Origin: Octopus bimaculoides
Lineage: Eukaryota
Assembly (NCBI RefSeq): GCF_001194135.2
Contig: NC_068988.1
Location: 91,056,371-91,098,036, forward strand
Length of the DNA stretch: 41,666 nt
Direction: 5' to 3'
In this document: positions 12,344 to 24,585 of the stretch, in pieces
Layout: each line of letters starts with the position of its first letter
How positions within the stretch are numbered: the first letter of the stretch is position 1
Program-made: the position numbers and the translations under genes
The notes under the pieces: model-generated
What the model saw: only the letters and a program-made list of their open reading frames with translations
Told to the model about the DNA's origin: nothing
Database searches by the model: none

Positions 12344-12586
12344 TGACGTCACCAGGAAGTCAACATGACAGTGGAGACAAACAAGGAAACCGAACGAAAA
12401 CAAGCGTAGTGGGGTCGATAGACCAGAATGAGAGGAAAATAGTGAATGCTGTGAGAAACATTTTTTGAAAAGAGAAAAGATTAGAGAGAGAGAGAGAGAA
12501 AAAAAACACGTCCGTTCTTTTGAACGTCTGTGCAGGAAAAGAAAGATGGTCACGTGAGGAAAAGAAAGATGGACGATGGTCACGTG
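12344..12586 (+). promoter_or_regulatory. Candidate proximal promoter motifs of the receptor gene
   Basis: Perfect CRE TGACGTCA (12344-12351) abutting ETS-like CAGGAAGT; two GATGGTCACGTG E-box copies 30 bp apart (cores at 12551 and 12581); about 500-750 bp upstream of the ATG. Confidence 0.35.
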
Positions 12587-12591
12587 TAAGC

Positions 12592-12654
<63 letters not shown>

Positions 12655-13090
12655 AAAGAGGGGTAGAGAGACAGAAAGACAGATAGAAAACTGTTCCCGA
12701 GTGTTAAAGTAAAATCTAAATTTTTCTTCTAGGATGCATCAAATCGTTTTGATGTATGTCGTTTTTTGTCGTTTTCAGAATCTCTCTCCACTACATCACA
12801 TCAATCCCCACCACCACTATCACCTTCATCACAACAACAACCACCACCACCACCACTACTATCAGCAACACCACGTCACCACCACACATGCTACCACCAC
12901 TGCCCCTTTCCACTATCAATATGAGTTGTGTATCTTTTGTGTGTTTCCGTGTAGTAGAAATCACTTGTATTGATAAGTGCTCTATTAGTAGGTTAACAAC
13001 AGGATCTGATGCTAATATCACCTCATTCTCTGTTGTACACTTGACCAAGCAACTTCGCAGCAACATAGCATCATATCTGTAAAAGAAACT

Positions 13091-13834
13091 ATGAAGGAAG
13101 CAGCTGTACTGTTCCAAATTGCCACATTGATGGCATGTCTGTATGTCAACGCTAGCACTTTCATCGTCAACAACAACGACACCAACAGCAAAAGCAGCAA
13201 CAATAACAACATTGACGACGATGTCGACAACAACACCAAAAAAGGGACGTCAGAATCTTCAGTTGTTTCATCCAAGATCTGTAACCTGAATTCGTCGCTT
13301 TGTGGAAGCGGCGAAACGTGTGTAATATATGACACTATTTTTCAGTGCCGTACGTTAACTGCCAGAGAACAGNNNNNNNNNNNNNNNNNNNNNNNNNNNN
13401 NNNNNNNNNNNNNNNNNNNNNNNNNNNNNNNNNNNNNNNNNNNNNNNNNNNNNNNNNNNNNNNNNNNNNNNNNNNNNNNNNNNNNNNNNNNNNNNNNNNN
13501 NNNNNNNNNNNNNNNNNNNNNNNNNNNNNNNNNNNNNNNNNNNNNNNNNNNNNNNNNNNNNNNNNNNNNNNNNNNNNNNNNNNNNNNNNNNNNNNNNNNN
13601 NNNNNNNNNNNNNNGAACAGTACTTTTGTAAAACATGTGACAACGGTTTATGTGACTTTGAGAAGGACGGATATATGTCATGTTACTGCAAACGACATTG
13701 GACAGGAGAATACTGCACTGAGCGTTGCCTGAGGAACTGCACAACTGGTAAATGTATTTTGCAAGGAGACAAAGAATATTGCGAATGCCCAGACAATTTT
13801 ACGCCTACATTAAACTGCACAAAACGACACACCG
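13091..13834 (+). CDS. Coding exon 1 of an EGF-TM-TIR receptor: signal peptide, Asn/Asp/Ser-rich stretch, 4-Cys module, two EGF-like domains (spans N-gap 13373-13614)
   Basis: MKEAAVLFQIATLMACLYVNA signal; CKTCDNGLCDFEKDGYMSCYCKRHWTGEYC and CLRNCTTGKCILQGDKEYCECPDNFTPTLNC show EGF six-Cys spacing; phase-1 donor ACCG|GTGAGT at 13835. Confidence 0.85.
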
Positions 13835-14085
13835 GTGAGTCATTCTTTTCATATTTACAGCGATTGTTATCAAATATGTGTGTGTATGCACGCGCGCATG
13901 TATGTATGTATGTATGTATGTATGTATGTATGTATGTATGCATGCATGCATGTATCAAAACAGTTTGACTGAATTTCTGTACTACTTATTCAGTTATTGA
14001 ATAAAAAAATATATATTTGTTTTTTGTGTGTGAGTGCGTGTGCGTGTGTTTCTCTCTCTTTGTTACTATCTCGCTGTCTCTGTCT

Positions 14086-15400
14086 CTCACACACACACAC
14101 TCTCTCTCTCTCTGACTCTCTCTCTCTCTGACTTTCTCTCTCTCTGACTCTCTCTCTCTCTCTGACTCTCTCTCTCTGACTCTCTCTCTCTCTCTGACTC
14201 TCTCTCTCTCTGACTCTCTCTCTCTCTGACTCTCTCTCTCTCTCTCTCTGACTCTCTCTCTCTCTGNNNNNNNNNNNNNNNNNNNNNNNNNNNNNNNNNN
14301 NNNNNNNNNNNNNNNNNNNNNNNNNNNNNNNNNNNNNNNNNNNNNNNNNNNNNNNNNNNNNNNNNNNNNNNNNNNNNNNNNNNNNNNNNNNNNNNNNNNN
14401 NNNNNNNNNNNNNNNNNNNNNNNNNNNNNNNNNNNNNNNNNNNNNNNNNNNNNNNNNNNNNNNNNNNNNNNNNNNNNNNNNNNNNNNNNNNNNNNNNNNN
14501 NNNNNNNNNNNNNNNNNNNNNNNNNNNNNNNNNNNNNNNNNNNNNNNNNNNNNNNNNNNNNNNNNNNNNNNNNNNNNNNNNNNNNNNNNNNNNNNNNNNN
14601 NNNNNNNNNNNNNNNNNNNNNNNNNNNNNNNNNNNNNNNNNNNNNNNNNNNNNNNNNNNNNNNNNNNNNNNNNNNNNNNNNNNNNNNNNNNNNNNNNNNN
14701 NNNNNNNNNNNNNNNNNNNNNNNNNNNNNNNNNNNNNNNNNNNNNNNNNNNNNNNNNNNNNNNNNNNNNNNNNNNNNNNNNNNNNNNNNNNNNNNNNNNN
14801 NNNNNNNNNNNNNNNNNNNNNNNNNNNNNNNNNNNNNNNNNNNNNNNNNNNNNNNNNNNNNNNNNNNNNNNNNNNNNNNNNNNNNNNNNNNNNNNNNNNN
14901 NNNNNNNNNNNNNNNNNNNNNNNNNNNNNNNNNNNNNNNNNNNNNNNNNNNNNNNNNNNNNNNNNNNNNNNNNNNNNNNNNNNNNNNNNNNNNNNNNNNN
15001 NNNNNNNNNNNNNNNNNNNNNNNNNNNNNNNNNNNNNNNNNNNNNNNNNNNNNNNNNNNNNNNNNNNNNNNNNNNNNNNNNNNNNNNNNNNNNNNNNNNN
15101 NNNNCTCTCTCCCTCTGACTCTCTCTCTCTCTGACTCTCTCTCTCTCTCTGACTCTCTCCCTCTCTCTGACTCTCTCTCTCTCTCTGACTATCTCTCTCT
15201 GACTCTCTCTCTCTCTGACTCTCTCCCTCTGACTCTCTCTCTCTCTGACTCTCTCTCTCTCTCTGACTCTCTCCCTCTCTCTGACTCTCTCTCTCTCTGA
15301 CTCTCTCCCTCTCCATGACTCTCTCTCTCTCTGACTCTCTCTCTCTCTCTGACTCTCTCTCTCCCTGACTCTCTCTCTCTCTCTGACTCTCTCTCTCTCG
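14086..15400. repeat. (CT)n microsatellite punctuated by GA, largely a gap
   Basis: CTCTCTCTGA-type units on both sides of the N run. Confidence 0.95.
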
Positions 15401-15524
15401 CTTTCGTTCTTTACATGAGTGTGTGTATGTATATACGGGAGCAGAATAAAACGAGAATTTACTTAAGTGTTTTTATTACAGCAACGTGTATTATTTAATT
15501 TTACACGTATTTCCCTAGCGAACA

Positions 15525-15608
15525 CCAGTACGTTGTCCAATAATCCAGTACGTTGTCCAATAATCCAGTACGTTGTACGATAATCCAGTACGTTGTACGA
15601 TAAACCAG
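15525..15608. repeat. 20-bp minisatellite, 4 copies
   Basis: CCAGTACGTTGTCCAATAAT x2 then CCAGTACGTTGTACGATAA(T/A) x2. Confidence 0.95.
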
Positions 15609-16098
15609 CAGAGGAGTATACTAATTCAATTCGATACTACATACCAAACTAGGTTAGCTGATAGAGCGAGGAAACAAATGTGTGTAAACTGAAGAGAAAA
15701 TTCTTTTTTTATCAATTCAGTTAAGGAGGTAGTATTTTTGTGTTATCTGTGAAATTAAAAGAAAGCAAGTAAGAGGATAATAATGAAGCTCTGTGTCTTA
15801 GAGCAAAAGAGGTTCAATTAAGGTCATAATTGCAAAAAAATAAATAAATAAAAAAAATAAATAAATAAAACCTCTATGGATAAATCGTTTAGAACAGAGT
15901 GTTGTGTGGACAGTATATTAGTTAGGAAAAGGCGGTGAGATATATACGCTGTTAAATTAGCCATGTACACTTGTACATTTATTTATTTATCTACACATAC
16001 ACACATACACGCAGTACACACACGCACAATATTTATATGCACATGTGTTCGTAGATAAACATATATACATATATATAAATAAAAATATGTATAATATG

Positions 16099-16156
<58 letters not shown>

Positions 16157-16206
16157 GTATGTATATAAAATGTCTGTATGTATTTAAAATTTACCTACAC
16201 ACACAC

Positions 16207-16295
<89 letters not shown>

Positions 16296-16362
16296 CACAC
16301 ACATGTGCATATATGTATTTATATATACATATACATATATATATTATCCGAAATGTACAGTA

Positions 16363-17250
16363 TTATATGTCCATCACGTTGAAATCTCCCAATATGACCA
16401 GCATGTTAGAAATTGGTACTTTCCTCAATAATTGTGCTACAGTTTCATCAGAATGGGACATTGTTGGTGCATAAATACTGACAACAATAAGAAACCTACC
16501 TTTTGTCAGTTTAATACGGCATGACATGGTTCGTTCAGATATACCACTTGGAAGCCCTGCAATGGAGGATACTAATGAATTCTTGAGAGCAAGCCCAACA
16601 CCAGATTCTCTATGCTGACACTTAGGTAGGCCTCTCCAAAATATAGTATATCTATAAGTAGGTTCATTTATTTGACCCTCACCAGAGAGACGAGTTTCAG
16701 AGAGCGCAACTATATCAAGGGAATATTTCTTAAGCCTACATGCAATAAGAGCAGTATGTCTTTCTGGCCTCTTGTTGAAATTATAATCAAGAAGTGTGCG
16801 CACATTCCAATAGCCAAAATTCAAAAGATGTTTATTTTTACTTTTTCTTGAAGATTGTTTGACTGCGGTGGGACACCTGCCGAGCCAGACCTGTTCCCCT
16901 GGCGTTTCAAAGCCTTTTTTGCCATTTTATGAATTTGAGACATTTTAGAGTAAGTTACAAGTGGATTTTTAGGTCTCTGCCAACCAACCGATTCAATGAT
17001 TTTACTAAGATCTGGGGTACAGGAAGTACCTGTGCAGATGAATAGTTTTCAGTGGGTGTAGCTTGCACTGTACTACCCCCACCTATTGGCCAAAGAAGAC
17101 TTTCGCCGGTATGACATGAAAATTGACAAAACCAGGAACATCCAAGGCCTCAGGTTTTATTTCAGAGTTTCCTTCTCCTAAATAGATTATCAACCAAGGT
17201 TAAAGAGCTTCTACCTGTCCATGAGGTAAGCTATCCCATTCTAGATACCA
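16363..17250 (-). mobile_element. RTE-clade LINE 5' portion: 5' UTR plus apurinic-like endonuclease
   Basis: WNVRTLLD, DIVALSETRL, SGVGLAL, VSIYAPT, ILGDFN; AGGAGAAGGAAACTCTGA motif in the upstream UTR. Confidence 0.9.
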
Positions 17251-17326
17251 AACCGACACTTAAACACTCTATAAAGTGGTCAAATATCACTCCGGTGACC
17301 GACGAAGAGTAGCTCATACATACATA

Positions 17327-17605
17327 AAAAAAGAAAAGGACGATGTGATTTGCAAATATAAATAAGAATGAAATATAAATAATATATATAAATATAAAAA
17401 AGTAAAAGATATGCAGTTTAAAAATATAAATAAAGTAAGATTTAAATATAATTAATATGTATATAAATGCAAAAATATACATATATTTATACATATAAGA
17501 AAAAAAGAAAAGTACGATATGCGAATGAGAATTAAATAAGAATTAAATATAAATATATATAAATATAAAAAAGTAAAAGATATGCAATTGAAAAATATAA
17601 AGATT
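17327..17605. repeat. Imperfect AT-rich duplication of about 100 bp with about 173-bp period
   Basis: AAAAAGAAAAG(G/T)ACGAT...AATATAAAAAAGTAAAAGATATGCA occurs twice. Confidence 0.7.
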
Positions 17606-17613
17606 TGTTTTCT

Positions 17614-17676
<63 letters not shown>

Positions 17677-18500
17677 ATTTTTACATTATATACATACATA
17701 CACATATGTGTAAATATATTTGTTTCAAATCTTGGCACACAGCCAGTAATTTNNNNNNNNNNNNNNNNNNNNNNNNNNNNNNNNNNNNNNNNNNNNNNNN
17801 NNNNNNNNNNNNNNNNNNNNNNNNNNNNNNNNNNNNNNNNNNNNNNNNNNNNNNNNNNNNNNNNNNNNNNNNNNNNNNNNNNNNNNNNNNNNNNNNNNNN
17901 NNNNNNNNNNNNNNNNNNNNNNNNNNNNNNNNNNNNNNNNNNNNNNNNNNNNNNNNNNNNNNNNNNNNNNNNNNNNNNNNNNNNNNNNNNNNNNNNNNNN
18001 NNNNNNNNNNNNNNNNNNNNNNNNTATATATATATATATAAATTGTAAATGCAAAAATAAAAGCAAAAACACAACGGATTCTGCGGTACACGTGTTTCAA
18101 GCTTTATAGTTGTTACATCAGTGTATAATTGACAATATAAAGCTATCTTCAGCCGCAAATGTATTCTCTCCCAAGAATTATATCACATAGGCGTTAAAGG
18201 AGGAAGAAAGGTGAGATATAAGAGGTGAGGTTCCGTTTGGTATTTTGCATTGTACTATACCTCGTAGAATTCTTAATTTGATATATTTATACATAATTTC
18301 CTCGGTACTCCGAAATATATATATATATATATTTATATAGTCAGAATGAGTATATTCAAACTTCCTATAGGGATATTCATCCAAGATGCACTGGTTTAAT
18401 AGATTAAATATTGAAGAGATAATTCTTGAATGAATATATTATATAGAATATCGTAAAATATCAAACATTTTTTATCGAATTGAAAAACATATATCAAATA

Positions 18501-19231
18501 GATACAAATTAATTTAGTAATTAATCAACATATTCACCAACAATTGTTTCATTTCAGAAACAAAATTAAAATTACAAAACATATACAAATTTATAATTTT
18601 GCATTTTAAATACTTTGTAAGGAAAATCATCAGGTTGTGCAGAGGACAATAAGGATTACATTAGGATACTTTTGGAATACACAGAATATATAGACATCTG
18701 CGTATCCTGAAGATTTTTCCTTACAAGGTATTTAAAGTGCAAAATTATATTCTCTTTTTTTTTCTCTCTCTTACTTGTTTCAGTCATGTGACTGCGGCCA
18801 TGCTGGAGTACCGCCTTTAGTCGAGCAAATCAACCCCGGGACTTATTCTTTGTAAGCCTAGTACTTATTCTATCGGTCTCTCTTGCCGAACCGCTAAGTG
18901 ACGGGGACATAAACACACCAGCATCGTTTGTCAAGCAATGCTAGGGGGATAAACACAGACACACAAACACACACACACACATATATACATATATACGACG
19001 GGCTTCTTTCAGTTTCCGTCTACCAAATCCACAAGGCTTTGGTCGGCCCGAGGCTATAGTAGAAGACACTTTCCCAAGATGTCACGCAGTGGGACTGAAC
19101 CCCGAAACCATGTGGTTGGTAAGCAAGCTACTTACCACACAGCCCATATATGTTTTGTAATTTTAATTTTGTTTGTGAAATGAAACAATTGTTGGTGAAT
19201 TTGTTGATTAATTACTAAATTAATTCGTATC
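18501..19231. mobile_element. AT-rich long-TIR MITE/foldback element whose right arm is split by a SINE
   Basis: Left arm 18501-18645 is the reverse complement of 18695-18749 plus 19146-19231. Confidence 0.8.
18750..19145 (-). mobile_element. tRNA-derived CORE-type SINE (resembles the octopus OR2-like family)
   Basis: Antisense tRNA-like head with GGTTCAGTCCC B box, MIR-CORE-like segment, internal (CA/TA)n, GTAAAAGAG-type tail; homologous to 30494-30920. Confidence 0.85.
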
Positions 19232-19255
19232 CATCAGATCTCTCTGGTTTCTAAC

Positions 19256-19384
<129 letters not shown>

Positions 19385-19388
19385 GTAT

Positions 19389-19457
<69 letters not shown>

Positions 19458-20389
19458 TGCGTGTGTATGGTTGTAGTCTTATGTGTTCGTACTGATATCC
19501 ATAGATATGTATGTATATTATAGTCGATTGGTGACTCGTAATCTTGTCTCTAGTCTATTGATTACTGCTCTACTAACTTTAACGTTTATGATGGTTTAGC
19601 CCACTAGCATCACTGTTTGAAAACTATAATGAGATGTCTATATGATGAGATGTCTAGACAGTCTGCCATGATCTATAGTACGTAATCTTCCAGCGATGAA
19701 CTCCAGAAATTATATTCTTACTCTTTATTTGTATATTTTTATATGTTATTTGTTATTTTTTTTCTCTCTTTTCCATTTTATATTGTTTCTTTTCTGTCTT
19801 CTTTTATTTTATTTATTTTGTCTTGTTTTTTTGCTTGTTTTGTTTTTTGATTTTTTAACCTTTTATAGAGCAAATTTGTAATTGTAATTTATATTCCAAA
19901 AATCTTTGGTGATGTGATTATTAAACACGGTAATATAATTCTTGTTATATGATTATACTTGAAATTGCAGTTTTACATAAGAATTATTGAAACAATTGTA
20001 GAAATGAATATTTTGATTTATCACTGATATTGTTTCCTGTTACTCTTTCATATATATGCTTGAGAGAATGTATGTTTGTATATCTAATTATGGGTATAGA
20101 GAAGACGAATTACAGAGAGAAAAATAAAGAGAAGTACAAGTGTATATGCGTATGTATTTAACGCATACATATATAAGTTTGATATACGCCCTGGCTTTCT
20201 TTGTATTTATCACCAGTTATGGGTGTGTGTGTGAGGTAGAGAGTGACTCTGTTTATGGTGTATGAAGGAATTATTTTTCTCACTCTTTACCATGTATATT
20301 TATTCTTTTATTTCTGTTTCCTTATTTACTTCTTGAAGTCTACATTGACTAGGGTGCGTGAAGGCATAATAAGATATAGTACCCTATTT

Positions 20390-22410
20390 AACCTAACATC
20401 CTATCCTATCGCTTTTTAAATTTCCTACATGCAACTTTCCCGTCGAAAAGCTTTTGGTAAACTTCGACATACAAAATTAAATGCTCTGCATTCAAACGCA
20501 TTGAGTAATGTTTTGATTTACAGATATTTAGATCTTTAACTTCGAATGCCTAAAATATGATGTGTATGTGCACATACAGATTGTAATCCCAACCCTCTAT
20601 GATATAACGCATCATGTGAAGGTTGTAAATGAATCTATTGGGAATCGCTCTTGCTTTTTGCTTCACCAACGACAAGTAACAAGTAACAATCGTCTTGTTA
20701 ACATCTAACCCAAAATACTAAACCCTGCATTTAGCAGGATTATGGTCTGGAAATTAATTAGATCATCCCCTTTTGTTGGTGACCTTTCCCCCCAGAATTA
20801 AAATAGCATAGTTCACAGAATTGAGAATTTTTCCGTTCCGTTACCAATTGCAATAGATGTTTGCCGACCTTGTGAAGCAAGTCTGGCATATAGCCTTAAA
20901 ACTCATACTTTAGATCAACAAAGCCATAATTCGGTCTTTAACCAACCAGGATGCTCGCGTGCCACTCGATTCTAAGCAGATATGTGCCGCATTCCAGCAG
21001 CACTTTGCTCAACTGTTTGAAGTAAACTATAGGTCTAAGGCGGTTATGGACTTTAGAGCCTACCATGACGGTCTGTCGCGACTCCGAAGGACACTGTAAA
21101 AAGTTAATAACAACTTTGTACTCCATCGATCTATCGCTTAAGTTCAGTAAAGTGCTGCTGGAACGCTTCACATATCTGCCTGGAACCGAGTAATACGCGC
21201 GCACGCTGTTCGGTCAAAGACCGAATTGTGGCTGTGTTGCAACGAACGCCCTGCCTCCGCTACTTGTGCCCATCGAACAACTTTCGTTTCCTTCTGTTTT
21301 AATGAATGAGCTCAAACCCAGACCAGACCACACAGCCTTTGTGTTTCACATTAGTCGCAATCCCTTTCCTAATCGCCTCTTCTGCCTTGTTATATAGCCT
21401 CTCCTCAAGTCTATTAATGTAATATTTCTCTCTATCACTTGTTCTTTACTTAACGCTATCGATCCATATAATTGCCCTCTTCAAGGCTTTCCACCGCCTG
21501 TTGTTGACTACCATCCCCGTCAACTGCAACTTGACTGGTTGACTAATTCGATCTCTTTTGCGCTTCGGGAAGTCGCGTTCAGCTACTAACAACCGGAAAC
21601 TTGTCTTTTAGTTTTATCGCAGTCAACTCCACGGGTTTCAAATTTGCGACCTGTGTAGCCAAGTAGTTTAAAATGTGGACATTCTACATCATCCCTATTA
21701 GCTAACCGAACGAACAACACAGTCAAATTATGATCTTGGGGACCATTGTGGTTGCTTCACGTTCGAAATGAATTACAGGGCGTACCTGTCAGACAGTTGG
21801 AAATGTTTGAATAGATTTTCTATTCTTTTGACACCTTTCTTCTATGGGTTCCTCCTACACAGTATCCGTCATGCATCTAAAATAGAATTCCAATCATCCT
21901 CTAGTACTAAGAAGTATACAGACCTCTAATGAATCCCGGTCGTCCAGTCTCGGTCGATGCATAGACCACCGTTAATTTAAAGGCACTGCCTTTACCGTCC
22001 CGAGGGACAGTACCGCCGATTTATCTCCTTCATTCGGCAAGATCGAGCGTAAGCCAAACCCATTTTTTCTGGAGAAGCGCTGCCACTTTACTGCCCGATT
22101 CCGTCAGACCACAAGATTTGTCTGTCTCGTAGTTGTCAAAAATGGGGATGAATGTGTGTGTTCAAGAATTTCTGGTTTGAGTAATAGGTTCCACATTTAT
22201 ATTTAGTGATCTAAAGTCGCCGAGCAAGTGATTTAATTTCCAATCTGACCCCAAACCACGTACATTTACAGATTCTTCTCCGAGTGGCACCATATTTATT
22301 ACAGAAAACAGGAGAGGTTACTCAACTTCGTCATCGAGAATAGCACGTCATTTGCATCCTTTTCCAGGTAGATGTTCTATTACAAGTCCTTGTAATAGTG
22401 TTTTGTTTAC
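20390..22410 (-). mobile_element. Decayed L1/Tx1-clade LINE (endonuclease through first half of RT) with an internally inverted segment
   Basis: Minus strand AFKLTVVYAST (APE), KHKGCVV, ICEAFQQHF, YEF*GYMPDL, DDLINFQTIILLNA (RT); segment ~20915-21100 reads on the plus strand. Confidence 0.75.
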
Positions 22411-23224
22411 TATTTTTCTTAAACTTGCAACACTTCCTGAGATATTGTCCATGAGAGTATGATAAATTACATTTAACGTTTTCGTTAATTATAGTATATT
22501 TTTCTTATTAATTATGCATTTTACATCGTATGAAGAAGTCTATAATGCTAATGTAACCATAGTTTAAAATTACTTCTCATGTGAGAATTTCTGTTACTCA
22601 GCGCTCACAAATGTCCATTTCACAAATGTTTGAAAATTACGGACACAAAATATGTTCGTTGAATAACATCAAATTATTTAAATTAATTTCAAATAATATT
22701 CCATATAAGAAATATTATAAGCAGCAATTTGAAGCGAAAAATTGAAACGGACCTTTTAATGAGGCCAACAACCTGTTTATAGTTCTTGCTTAGAAACCAT
22801 GTTACAGATTACGATGCGAGGTACCTTCTCCTCGAATTAAATATCATTTGTTTCTGGTATTTTAAGTGTACTATTTCATTGTATAAGCGAGGGAGAGGGG
22901 GAGAGAGAAAGAGAGGTAGACAGACAGACAGACAAACAAACAGGGAGGCAGAGACGGAAAGGAAGAGAGAGACAAACAGAAACTATTTTGATTGGTACCT
23001 TACCTGGTTATAAATAAGTAATGCAACTACGTAGGCTGGATATATTACAGTTAACTGTCATATAGATTCTGTGCATTATTATACCTATATACAACGAGGT
23101 GGACGGGACAGGTGAGGCACAAATTACAGTAAACTACTTACAGCTTAATATAGTGGGTATTGATAGTTGAATATGCGTTCGGTTCTCAATAAATGGAAGT
23201 AACACAATCTGTTCTTAATTACAG

Positions 23225-23380
23225 ATACAATCCAGGGCAAATCCTTCGCGACAGTTATTTCAACTGCTGTGGCTGTTACCGGAATGCTATTAATTTTACT
23301 CGGAATGTATCTGGTGTGGAAGAGACGGTTTCGATTCTCTATGAAGTTTGCATACTATTTTCAACCTTATGCAGATAAAG
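23225..23380 (+). CDS. Coding exon 2 of the EGF-TM-TIR receptor: transmembrane helix and juxtamembrane region
   Basis: TTAATTACAG|AT acceptor and AAAG|GTAAGT donor; 156 nt, phase 1-1; (D)TIQGKSFATVISTAVAVTGMLLILLGMYLVWKRRFRFSMKFAYYFQPYADK. Confidence 0.88.
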
Positions 23381-24276
23381 GTAAGTTTCATAAGTAATAA
23401 CTGAAAGTTAACTTTTAGCCAATGGAGTGGTGCTTTATAACTTCGATACTGTGACTGTGTGCCGTGTATGTTATAGGTAAACAGCTGCGTATTTAGAACA
23501 ACTTTTTTTTAACTATTGCTGGTGTGTGCTTCCAGGACGGCCATAAAACAGACAGGCCCATGGTGCATAAACGGTGAGTCGAGTGAAAATGTATAACTTT
23601 GTTGTTTGTTTAAAAGGGATTCGATTCCAGGAAGGACTGTCGTTAGTGATAATATCCTTAATTTAGGTTTTGTGCACTAATGTACTTTAATCTAGTTAGA
23701 CACCGTTTTGCTCCTTCTGACATATAGAGGTGAATCATATATAATACAGTGTTGCAGTCAAGTTTATGTATGTTGTACTCAGTCTATTGCCCATTCTAAT
23801 TCAGTTGGTTTTGTTAATGTCTACAACAGAAGCATTCAAAGCGAATGCAGTCCGAATGTGATAGCCGCTGCTCAGCTTCACAAATTATTGGCACTGTGTA
23901 TTCCACTACTGTGTTTGAGGCTAATACCGCTGATTATTTTGCTGCTGTATTACTGTTATTGCTTTGGTTTTTCTTTTTAATCATACAGGCTAGGTCTGGG
24001 GTTCTCAGTATACTGTTGTAGTAGATTTTTGATGTCTTGTTTCTTGTGGACGTGTGGATGCTTGCAGTGACAGGGACGTCAAAGAATAGGGTTTGCTGCA
24101 ATGGCAAAGTGGTTTGTAATTGAGAATTTTGGTTTCGTTCGGTAGACAGTCTATGAAGTAGATCTCTGCACAACATGTAATGTTTGTCAAGTACACCATT
24201 TTGAATTCTTTGTGGTTTATTACAAATTGACTGGGTCTAAGGAAGGACTGGATAACCGATGATACCTTAAATGTGT

Positions 24277-24585
24277 GGAGGCGCAATGGCTCAGTGGTTA
24301 GGGCAGCGGACTCGCGGTCATAGGATCGCGGTTTCGATTCCCAGACCAGGCGTTGTGAATGTTTATTGAGCGAAAACACTTGAAGCTCCACGAGGCTCCG
24401 GCAGGGGATGGTGGCGAACCCTGCTGTACTCTTTCATCACAACTTTCTCTCACTCTTACTTCCTGTTTCTGTTGTGCCTGTAATTCAAAGGGTCAGCCTT
24501 GTCACACTGTGTCACTCTGAATATCCCCGAGGGTACACGTGTCTGCGGAGTGCTCAGCCACTTGCACGTTAATTTCACGAGCAGG
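24277..24585 (+). mobile_element. tRNA-derived SINE (second family), running into a gap
   Basis: A box TGGCTCAGTGG (24287-24297), B box GGTTTCGATTCC (24330-24341), followed by a non-tRNA body shared with 9288-9395. Confidence 0.85.

Noticed and set aside
12734-13082. Poly-His and poly-Thr upstream ORFs before the receptor ATG
   Set aside because: Explained by (CAC/CAA)n repeats; no domain, and the signal peptide begins at 13091. A uORF role cannot be excluded but has no support.
15525-15608. CRISPR-like or coding-exon reading of the 20-bp array (AG acceptor at 15517-15518)
   Set aside because: No unique spacers, eukaryotic context, and the phase-1 reading reaches a stop within the array.
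17180-17315. Possible HDV-like ribozyme in the RTE 5' UTR (ACCTCAT loop-like motif, GAGCTACT/AGAAGCTC pairing on the minus strand)
   Set aside because: I could not build consistent P3, P1.1 and the catalytic C by hand; it would need a family consensus and a covariance search.
23051-23111. Candidate 61-nt exon (TTACAG|...ACAG|GTGAGG) upstream of the TM exon
   Set aside because: It would shift the frame of the TM exon, has no recognisable domain, and exon 1 already joins exon 2 in frame.
23193-23378. 61-aa ORF reported by the track over the TM exon
   Set aside because: It is an alternative frame of the real exon; the spliced frame gives a clean transmembrane helix.
24277-24350. tRNA gene
   Set aside because: A and B boxes are present, but the sequence continues into a repeated SINE body and lacks a proper acceptor stem and terminator. 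The same applies to the other SINE heads.
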